NCBI GenBank assembly: GCA_030614005.1
Contig: JAUWKS010000019.1
Location: 25,090-57,089, forward strand
Source of the DNA: Candidatus Heimdallarchaeota archaeon
GTDB taxonomy: Archaea; Asgardarchaeota; Heimdallarchaeia; JABLTI01
Direction: 5' to 3'
Length of the DNA stretch: 32,000 nt
The translations under genes and the position numbers were made by a program. The notes beneath the pieces were generated by a model that worked only from the letters and a program-made list of their open reading frames with translations, had not been told where the DNA came from and did no database searches. Shown here in pieces: positions 24,406 through 32,000 of the stretch (the stretch's first letter is position 1; every line of letters starts with the position of its first letter).

Positions 24406-25806
24406 ATGACAACTCAGTCCTCGCATCCCAAATTAGTGAGTGTTTTTGTTTTGAGCTTAGTAATTGCATCTTTAATCTATTTGCCAGTAAATAGACCAGT
24501 TAAACTGCAAGACCAAATTGTAAGCAATGTTTTAGGAAGTGAAACTATCGAAGAAACAGAAATGTTAGTTCTTTGGAATAAAACATTCGGAGGAGAATAT
24601 TACGATACAGGGGAATCAATTATTAGAAGTACTACTGGGAAATATGTAATATCTGGATGGACAAATAGTTCTGGTGATTTGGATATCTTCTTGATAGGGC
24701 TAAGTTCTGATGGTACACAAGAGTGGAATCAAACAATTGGTGATGCTGAAGAGGACAAAGGATTTCAAATAATTACTTGCGATTCAGGGGGCTATGCTAT
24801 AGCTTCGACTTATACAAATATTACTGCAACCCGCAATAATACTGATTTTATGGTTTCTAGAATAGCAGATGATGGAACAATAATCTGGAATAAGTGTTTT
24901 GTTGGACCCGAACAAACAGGAGGAAATTACACGGGCGACCTTGGTCGATCAATCGCTCAATGTTCAAATGGTGATTTTGTTCTTGGTGGAGTTACTATTA
25001 CTACAAGTGGTAAAAGTGACATTTGGATGCTTAGAATTACTGCAAATGGTACTAAGGATTGGGAAAGAGTGTATCATAATTGGGATATAGACAGATGTTT
25101 TTCTCCGCACTGCATCGTACAATGTAATAATGGAGGGTTTGCTATACTAGGTTATACATATAATAGCACGCAATCTAATGATGTGTGGTTAATTAGAACA
25201 AACTCTAATGGATTGCCTATGTGGAATAGGACTTATGGAGATGCAACGGGATACCAAAGACCTGAATCATTAATAGAATGTTCCAATGGAGGGTTCGTTA
25301 TTATTGCAAATACTCAAAGTTTTGGGGCAGGGGATGCTGATGCATGGGTTATTCGTACTGATTTATTTGGAAATCAGACCTGGAATCAGACTTATGGGGG
25401 AATCGAATTAGATCAAGGATTCCAAATCTTAGAAATGACAAATAATGAATTAACCTTTGTTGGATCAACACACAATTTTGACCAAGAAGGTCAAGGAGAT
25501 GCTTGGATAGTTAGAATAGCAGAAAATGGAACACACCTTTGGAATTATACAATTGGAGATGCTTATGGAAACAGTGCAGGATCATTTGTTTATGAGGGAA
25601 ATGATACGTTTACTGTTTTAGGCGCAACAAATAGTATTGGTGTAGCGTTTAGCAAAATTTGGGTATTTAAATTGAGATTGAATACAACAATCATTACCCT
25701 AACTCCTTCAGTTTCCAGTGAAGCTAGAATCAATTACCATTTCTTTTTATTAAGTGGTTTGATTTCAATTGGCGCATTAATTATTCTAAAGAAGAAAAGA
25801 AGATAA
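24406..25806 (+). CDS. Secreted, membrane-anchored seven-repeat beta-propeller-like protein
   Basis: N-terminal hydrophobic segment; seven ~50-aa repeats (WNKTFGG, WNQTIGD, WNKCFVG, WERVYHN, WNRTYGD, WNQTYGG, WNYTIGD), most with D.W..R....G; C-terminal TM plus KKKRR. Confidence 0.8.
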   Translation: MTTQSSHPKLVSVFVLSLVIASLIYLPVNRPVKLQDQIVSNVLGSETIEETEMLVLWNKTFGGEYYDTGESIIRSTTGKYVISGWTNSSGDLDIFLIGLSSDGTQEWNQTIGDAEEDKGFQIITCDSGGYAIASTYTNITATRNNTDFMVSRIADDGTIIWNKCFVGPEQTGGNYTGDLGRSIAQCSNGDFVLGGVTITTSGKSDIWMLRITANGTKDWERVYHNWDIDRCFSPHCIVQCNNGGFAILGYTYNSTQSNDVWLIRTNSNGLPMWNRTYGDATGYQRPESLIECSNGGFVIIANTQSFGAGDADAWVIRTDLFGNQTWNQTYGGIELDQGFQILEMTNNELTFVGSTHNFDQEGQGDAWIVRIAENGTHLWNYTIGDAYGNSAGSFVYEGNDTFTVLGATNSIGVAFSKIWVFKLRLNTTIITLTPSVSSEARINYHFFLLSGLISIGALIILKKKRR

Positions 25807-25827
25807 GATTCTTCTTTTCAAATTCAA

Positions 25828-27486
25828 TTATTCTTCGAGAATATCTTCCTCACCATTTTCAAGTAAGTTTCTCTTTTGCTTTTGCTCTGACCATCTGAAC
25901 AAGAAGATACATCCGAAGAGTACTATAGCAATTACCATGAACCCTATTCCAAGGAATATTCCCGATGCACCACTTATAGCAATAATAACAATTGAAAATA
26001 CGATATCTCCAAGTATAATTCCCAACCCAACTCTACGCCAAAGGATTTTCTCTAAAAATATTCCTCCAGCAAAAAGGTAGAAACCTACAAGCACCCACCC
26101 AACACTTACCCAGATACTTGCAAAATCTAACAAAATAAGTAAACCAATCATTATCAATAGTGAACTACTTATTGTCAATGTTGAAGTTAGAGGTTCACCT
26201 CGAATCCATTTTTCATTTATTATTGCGAAAATTAACAATGCGCCTGAAATGCTTATCAAAACAATTAGAATAATATCGAGAATTACACTTCCAATAAAGG
26301 ACATTGTAAAACTTAAGAACATATATGATGATAGCATTGTGATTATTGTCAGATACTTGTTATTTATCACAATCGAGACAACAAAAAAGAGTATTGAAAT
26401 TATTAAAACATTAATTAGATTCAGATTACCAAATACCCAACCTAACATTGCTAATGAGGATATTACAAATGACAAATAGAGTATGAATGGTTTGAGTCTA
26501 TCATAACCTTTAGCAAAAGTTGTGCCATCTTCTATTTGACGTTGATTGCTTTTGAAATAATTGAACAGGTAGTTAGCTATTGTAAAGATTGCTAATGGAA
26601 TGTGAAGAGCATAATCTATGATAAGTGCATTATTATTAGAACTTGTCCAAGTATGCCCAATATTGAAGGAGTAGGATAGAATAATTATTCCTATTTGAAT
26701 TATTATAACTGACATGAGAATATGAAAATCATCTAATTCTTCATGTTTTGATACTAGAACCAAAGTTGTTATTGCTGAGATTAAGAATCCTAGAGCACAA
26801 ACTATGGTAAAAACGTTGGAACTTGTTCCTTCAGGTTGAATGAATGGCATGACTGCGGTAATTAATTGAACCGATAGGATATAGGTAAATATCTGCCATA
26901 GTTCTTTTCTAAACACTATTGTAGATACGGTTGCACAAATAATCCATAATAATACAACACCACTAATGGCATTTATTTCATTATTGACTTTTATGAAGCC
27001 TCGATCTATCAATGATAATGGTGTCAGAATTATGAGCATTAATCCTGTAGTGATGGTTGTGATAATTACATCTTGAAGATCTTTTTTGGTTATAGCAATA
27101 ATGAAAAAGAATAGACAATTAACACCATAAATGATAGTTATTAACAATGGGAAATCAATCAATATGCTAGCTACTAACAACGAAATAAATGGTATTGGTA
27201 TAAGAAATTTCGCTGATTCCTTTTGAATCCAGATATAACCAATTGAGCTGATTGATATTGTTCCATAAATTACTGCTGATATCCAATTGATTTTGAAAGC
27301 ATTTACAATTTCAAAAACAATAAAGAGTATATTGACAAATATCAACAGAAAAATCTGGTGAGCATATTTTGTCAAATAGGTTTTTTGACCTAAAGAAACC
27401 GGGGAAACAGGTGTTTCTTCTCCCAAGTCATCTGAAATTTTCATAGTTTTTGCATTCGTATCTGAATGGGCTTGTTTATTATTCAT
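25828..27486 (-). CDS. Polytopic membrane protein resembling the C-terminal part of DUF2339
   Basis: More than a dozen hydrophobic segments; ends with W.SVGW...G......G.....LWRRVGLGI; overlaps the upstream gene by 8 nt. Confidence 0.6.
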   Translation of the reverse strand: MNNKQAHSDTNAKTMKISDDLGEETPVSPVSLGQKTYLTKYAHQIFLLIFVNILFIVFEIVNAFKINWISAVIYGTISISSIGYIWIQKESAKFLIPIPFISLLVASILIDFPLLITIIYGVNCLFFFIIAITKKDLQDVIITTITTGLMLIILTPLSLIDRGFIKVNNEINAISGVVLLWIICATVSTIVFRKELWQIFTYILSVQLITAVMPFIQPEGTSSNVFTIVCALGFLISAITTLVLVSKHEELDDFHILMSVIIIQIGIIILSYSFNIGHTWTSSNNNALIIDYALHIPLAIFTIANYLFNYFKSNQRQIEDGTTFAKGYDRLKPFILYLSFVISSLAMLGWVFGNLNLINVLIISILFFVVSIVINNKYLTIITMLSSYMFLSFTMSFIGSVILDIILIVLISISGALLIFAIINEKWIRGEPLTSTLTISSSLLIMIGLLILLDFASIWVSVGWVLVGFYLFAGGIFLEKILWRRVGLGIILGDIVFSIVIIAISGASGIFLGIGFMVIAIVLFGCIFLFRWSEQKQKRNLLENGEEDILEE

Positions 27487-29893
27487 TGCTAATAACCTCC
27501 GTTTCTTTCCAATTAATGAATCCCGGTATGGATGCTATGAAGAAGAGTATGAAAAGGATCAGGGGAACATAATCAAAGAAATCTAATTTCCCTAGTAATA
27601 AGAATATAACAACAGTTAAGCCATTGAGTATTATTGATATCATCGAAAACTCTCGCCATGGTATTATTTTCGGTATTATTATTGGAAGAGCAGTTATTAT
27701 CGAACAACACAAATAAAGAACAATACTTGCAAAAATTAGCCACTGATTAATTACTCCCATCAAACCGAGTAGGATTAAATTGATTGAAGAGAGAAAACTC
27801 CAAACAAAAAAGAGCACTGATTGTTGGTGGAAAATATGTGGAACAAATAGGCTAATGATAGTTATTAGCATAAAAGATATCCCGAGAATAAAAATAAGTA
27901 CAGACTGTGCAATTGTAACGACATCAACTAAAACAATAACAAGAATAGCAAGTATTTCAGCTATAACAAAAGAAGTGATTATATTTTGAACAGATAATTT
28001 TTCTCTGAAGAACTTTAACGTACTTAAAATTCCAAAGACAAAGAAGATTGTGAAAAATAATGATGTAATCAGAGTATCTTTGTAAAGTCCTACGGTTAGA
28101 AATGATATTATCCCTGTAAGTACTTGTCCGGCAAACCAAATAATCTCATTTGAAGATTTAATATCTAAATGCTTCTCCTGGATGAATTGATAATAATATG
28201 ATATACCAATAATTACCACTCCAACGATCAACGATTGATAAGATTGATAGGAAGCCCAAGCAGGTTCAATAATAGGATTGTAGAAGTTCGTTAGTGAAAT
28301 AACAAATAATGAGATAACAGGTAGTAAAAATGATAAAACAACTAGACTTCTTTTGATAGGCATCGGTGTTTTGTCAGAACCAAATTGAATTGTCAAAATA
28401 ATCATAAATGGTACAAATATGAGAATAAGAAATTCAAGCCCTACTCGCGAATAAACTTTAGGTATGCACAACATAATAGGAATTATGGCCATTGTTATAG
28501 CTGATACAGTCCACTTTTTGAAGAATACAGCAATGCAAGTAGCACTAATAATTATCAAAGAATACACAATCAAACTTGTAACGTTATTTAGAACAGGAGG
28601 GTACTGTGCCCATAAAAGATCAATGGAAACGAAAATAATTGCTTGAAGAATGCTTGTCATAGCTAAGAATTCTGATTTGTTAAAGATACTAATTGCCATA
28701 CAAACAGCACTTAAACCTAAACTAAGACCAATGAAAACTCCTTTTGAAACACCCAGAGACTCATAAGATAATATCCCAATTATTCCACCGACAAAGAGTA
28801 CAACGAATCCAATAAATAAGATAACATTAGTCATTTGCGGAGTATATCGAATTAGTTCTTGTTGCTTGGGTTTTTTCTCTTTATCTGTAGTTTGTTTAGA
28901 TTCATCTTTCGCTAATTTTTTCTTCTTGCGATTTTTTACTATTAATGAAACACACTGGCCAAAACCAATTATGATTGCACCAATGGAATAAATGATCACT
29001 AATTGCCAAATCTCAGATTCCAATTCCACTGAAACGAAATAGAGAGTAATTGAGATTCCTACACTAAAGATAATTGTAGCAAGATAAAAGAACCAATAAT
29101 CAAGCAAATTTCTTTCAAATTTACTGTAAAAGGTGCTTTTTTTAGGCCCAGTTTTAATTTCGGATTTCCTAATGCTTGTAGGTGGTCTCGTTGGAGTCTT
29201 TGCTGGTTTCATAACGGGAATTTTTTCATACTGTTTCTTTGAAGGAACTATTGTCGATTTTTTATCAACTAAAACACCAGTAGAGATATCTGCTTTCATC
29301 TTAGTTTGTGGAACTTCTGTTTTCTGTATGTCTTGAAGCATGTCCTTTTTACTAAAATGAAGAATCAATTGTCGCATACTATTATAAATAAAAGTCAAAT
29401 CAGAGAGAGCTTCAGCAGCAAGAATTCTTTCCACTGATCTCTTAAAAGCAATAATATAATTCTGTGTGCGAATCAAATTTTGACTATACACTTGCTTATA
29501 TTCTTTTTCACTTTCACCTAAGAATGTTCCACAATTTTGACAGAATTTTGTAGGCAGAACTTCTTTACCACAACTCAAACATATTGTTGCAAATTTTTCT
29601 TGATCTTTATCCTTTTGTTTCATCCTATCAAAATCAAGGTCTGCTTTCTTGAGTAAAATATCAATTCTAGATTTTATTTCAAAGAATTTTTGATGAAAGT
29701 CAGGAGCTAATGTCTTCAAAATAGAGTTTTCGAATTTAACAATTCTTTTACTTATCTCTTCCAACCTTTGCTTTTGAACTTCAAATTCCTGCTCTGGAGT
29801 AATTTCTAAAGCAACACCACATTTTGAACAAAATTTAGAAACAGCTACAAATTCGCCACAACTTGAACAAATCATTTCTTGTTTTTCAGACAT
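27479..29893 (-). CDS. Zinc-ribbon-containing polytopic membrane protein resembling the N-terminal part of DUF2339
   Basis: Two CxxC-x9-CxxC units, a Pro/Lys linker, then FERNLLDYWFFY...SVGI...LY and many TMs; ATG after AGGAGA. Confidence 0.6.
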   Translation of the reverse strand: MSEKQEMICSSCGEFVAVSKFCSKCGVALEITPEQEFEVQKQRLEEISKRIVKFENSILKTLAPDFHQKFFEIKSRIDILLKKADLDFDRMKQKDKDQEKFATICLSCGKEVLPTKFCQNCGTFLGESEKEYKQVYSQNLIRTQNYIIAFKRSVERILAAEALSDLTFIYNSMRQLILHFSKKDMLQDIQKTEVPQTKMKADISTGVLVDKKSTIVPSKKQYEKIPVMKPAKTPTRPPTSIRKSEIKTGPKKSTFYSKFERNLLDYWFFYLATIIFSVGISITLYFVSVELESEIWQLVIIYSIGAIIIGFGQCVSLIVKNRKKKKLAKDESKQTTDKEKKPKQQELIRYTPQMTNVILFIGFVVLFVGGIIGILSYESLGVSKGVFIGLSLGLSAVCMAISIFNKSEFLAMTSILQAIIFVSIDLLWAQYPPVLNNVTSLIVYSLIIISATCIAVFFKKWTVSAITMAIIPIMLCIPKVYSRVGLEFLILIFVPFMIILTIQFGSDKTPMPIKRSLVVLSFLLPVISLFVISLTNFYNPIIEPAWASYQSYQSLIVGVVIIGISYYYQFIQEKHLDIKSSNEIIWFAGQVLTGIISFLTVGLYKDTLITSLFFTIFFVFGILSTLKFFREKLSVQNIITSFVIAEILAILVIVLVDVVTIAQSVLIFILGISFMLITIISLFVPHIFHQQSVLFFVWSFLSSINLILLGLMGVINQWLIFASIVLYLCCSIITALPIIIPKIIPWREFSMISIILNGLTVVIFLLLGKLDFFDYVPLILFILFFIASIPGFINWKETEVISNE

Positions 29894-29920
29894 TTAGACA
29901 TCTCTCCTGTTATGTATGAA

Positions 29921-29937
29921 ATACTAATATTTAGTAT
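29921..29937. promoter_or_regulatory. Palindrome ATACTAA-TAT-TTAGTAT upstream of the zinc-ribbon membrane gene
   Basis: 7-bp arms, 28 nt upstream of the ATG at 29893. Confidence 0.35.
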
Positions 29938-30255
29938 GTAAAATGTATTACTATTAAAGTTAAATTTTCATATTTTAATAGTTTTCCCGAAAAAAGGGCA
30001 TTTTTCAAATTAAGAAATTATAATAGACTCTCTTTGTTTCAAGATTATTCAAAGATACAAGTTGTTCAAAAAATCTAATCGCTTAATAAAAAAAAACCTG
30101 GCAATATTTAGCTATAATGAAGAATTTCTATCTAAACCAACTACACAAGAAAAAATTACTATCTTCTTTACTGCAAACTCACGTATATTTTGATAGATGC
30201 CTAGTAGAAATAGCTTTATTTGAAGTTCATTTAGAGCAAGCTTTCTCATATTCAA

Positions 30256-32000
30256 TTAGAAAGTATCATTTATTTCTATTGTTTTATTGTTCGTCCTAAT
30301 CCTGTTAAAAATGAATTTTCTAACTTCATCAACAATCAGGATTGGTAGTGCTGTTAGTAAAATAATCAACCATTGCATCCCATCCAATGGAGTTGTATGA
30401 GCAAACCTTGACATAAATGGTACATACAGTGCAATTATAAGCATAATAATGCTAAACAATACTGCTAGAAAGAGTTTATGATTTTTGAAAAATCCTTTTG
30501 TAAAAATCAAATCATCTTGACACAATGATAATGAATGAAGAAGTTGGTAAACAACAAGTGAAACAAAAACCATTGTTTGAGCGGTTTTCACAGTCACAAT
30601 ACCTTCTGGCAATGTTAAATCTGGTAATGTAAAACCCGTTGCCCAGAAATAGCCAAATAAAGTGCCAATGCCATACATTAATCCCGAGGTGATTATTGAA
30701 ACTAACATTTCCTTATCTATTAGAGGATCTTTTGGATCTCTAGGTTTGCGAAGCATTACATCTTTCTCAGCGGGGCTCACACCTAAAGCGAGTGCTGGAA
30801 AAGTGTCTGTCAGCAAATTAATGTAGAGTAATTGGATGCTCAAAATAGGAATGATTGTTGTTTTGAAGAAAATTAAACCAAAAATAATTCCAAAAAGAAC
30901 AGTGACTAATTCTCCAGCATTTGCTGAGAGAAGGTAACCTATGAATTTTTTAATATTCGAATAGATAGTTCGTCCTTCAGAAACAGCTTCAATAATATTT
31001 GCGAAGTTATCATCTACTAAAATCATATCACTTGCTTCTTTGGATACATCTGTACCAGTAATGCCCATTGCAACACCAATATCTGCTCTTTTTAGGGCTG
31101 GAGAATCATTTACACCATCCCCAGTCATTGTAACAATTTCACCCAACTTTTTCAGGGCATTGATGATACGCAGCTTGTGGTGAGGATTAACTCGAGCGAA
31201 AATATCTGTTGTTTGAACGATTAGCTCAAGTTCATCATCAGTCATCTTATCTAGCACTTTCCCAGTAATTGGCGTAGTGCTTGTTGTAAGACTTATTGAG
31301 CGTCCAATTGCTTTTGCTGTTTCTACATGATCACCAGTAATCATAATAACTCTAATACCAGCAGCTTTTGCTTTGAGAATAGCAGGACGAGATTGAGTTC
31401 GTGGTGGGTCAATCATCCCTACGAACCCGACAAATGTCAGATTTCTTTCTACGAGTTCTGATTTTTTAGATAGCAGTAATTTTTCTGCTTCTTTATCAGT
31501 TATTTCTCTAAAAGCCATTCCTAAAACTCGGTAGGCATAACTCGCGGAATAATTTTCACTGTTTTGAACAATAGTTTGTTTAACCGACTGATCAAGTGGG
31601 CTAACGATGTTATTGGAAAATTGATTTACACACAAATCAAGTAAAATATCAAGAGCACCTTTTACCATAATTGCATATTTTTCGGTTTTGCGATGCTTCA
31701 CAATAACGCTCATACGTTTTCTATCACTATCAAAGGGAAAGAGATATTCTACAGACCATTCAGATTGAATTGATTCCATCGTTTGCCCTTTCTCAGCAAG
31801 AATTAATAGCGCTACTTCTGTAGGATCACCAAATATTTTGTAGGGCTCTTTTTCACCTTGTTTTTCAATTCCAGCTTCATTGGCTAAAGCACCAATTTCA
31901 ATGTTTTTACGGAGAGTAGAATTTGTTAAAGATTCTTCTTTATCTCCTGTTTCTTTGACAACAATATTTCCAGCGCGGAAATAACCATCACCAGTAACAT
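30256..32000 (-). CDS. Cation-translocating P-type ATPase, P2A (Ca2+) type, 5'-truncated
   Basis: The frame is open to the window end (VTGDGYF...GDPTEVAL). FDSDRKRMS, KGA, DPPR, MITGD, FARVNP, MTGDGVNDSPALKRAD, SANAGE, INLLTDTFPALALG. Confidence 0.95.
   Translation of the reverse strand, partial: VTGDGYFRAGNIVVKETGDKEESLTNSTLRKNIEIGALANEAGIEKQGEKEPYKIFGDPTEVALLILAEKGQTMESIQSEWSVEYLFPFDSDRKRMSVIVKHRKTEKYAIMVKGALDILLDLCVNQFSNNIVSPLDQSVKQTIVQNSENYSASYAYRVLGMAFREITDKEAEKLLLSKKSELVERNLTFVGFVGMIDPPRTQSRPAILKAKAAGIRVIMITGDHVETAKAIGRSISLTTSTTPITGKVLDKMTDDELELIVQTTDIFARVNPHHKLRIINALKKLGEIVTMTGDGVNDSPALKRADIGVAMGITGTDVSKEASDMILVDDNFANIIEAVSEGRTIYSNIKKFIGYLLSANAGELVTVLFGIIFGLIFFKTTIIPILSIQLLYINLLTDTFPALALGVSPAEKDVMLRKPRDPKDPLIDKEMLVSIITSGLMYGIGTLFGYFWATGFTLPDLTLPEGIVTVKTAQTMVFVSLVVYQLLHSLSLCQDDLIFTKGFFKNHKLFLAVLFSIIMLIIALYVPFMSRFAHTTPLDGMQWLIILLTALPILIVDEVRKFIFNRIRTNNKTIEINDTF

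Noticed and set aside
21996-29336. Short opposite-strand or off-frame ORFs (21996, 24160, 24899, 26249, 27780, 27957, 28464, 29133)
   Set aside because: All overlap longer supported genes; apparent hydrophobicity reflects AT-rich antisense frames.
30117-30299. 60-aa + strand ORF in the largest spacer
   Set aside because: Overlaps the 3' end of the P-type ATPase in antisense; no SD or motif.
1-32000. CRISPR arrays, tRNA/rRNA, IS elements, integrases, selenocysteine or pyrrolysine readthrough
   Set aside because: No regularly spaced repeats, no GC-rich structured RNA patches, no transposase or integrase motifs, and no in-frame stop interrupting a conserved domain were seen by eye. A covariance-model search was not run.

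Overview
AT-rich archaeal chromosomal segment with about 29 genes. I found no rRNA, tRNA, CRISPR array or mobile element. The gene content points to an Asgard archaeon, possibly Heimdallarchaeia (an inference from gene content, not from a search): an actin-family protein, a TRAP-beta-like protein, a Get3/TRC40-type ATPase, an EMC3/TMCO1 protein, eL34, eL38 and archaeal pyrBI. Gene order: 5'-truncated type IV pilus/VirB11-like ATPase and TadC, FlK-like thioesterase, rpl34e, EMC3/TMCO1 (DUF106), pyrB-pyrI, rpl38e, a serine/glyoxylate block (DUF1015, short SerA, frameshifted class V aminotransferase, two convergent stand-alone Lrp RAM domains, glyoxylate reductase), a divergent actin, a receiver plus degenerate histidine kinase, GT4, GNAT, a tandem winged-helix protein, DedA/TVP38, Get3, a small double-psi-barrel-like protein, a three-domain TRAP-beta-like protein, Maf, a coiled-coil plus tandem PRC-barrel-like protein, a secreted 7-repeat beta-propeller, two DUF2339-like polytopic membrane proteins and a truncated Ca2+-type P-type ATPase. 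Best leads: (1) a CdvA-like protein with reversed domain order (coiled coil first, two insert-bearing PRC-like barrels last); (2) an actin paralog lacking the Q137/H161 and phosphate-2 residues, next to a pseudo-histidine kinase; (3) a cluster of homologs of ER membrane-biogenesis factors; (4) DUF1015 as a SerK-like enzyme, with stand-alone RAM domains as possible trans regulators of an ACT-less SerA. All family calls come from motif recognition and remembered reference sequences; no database search was run.
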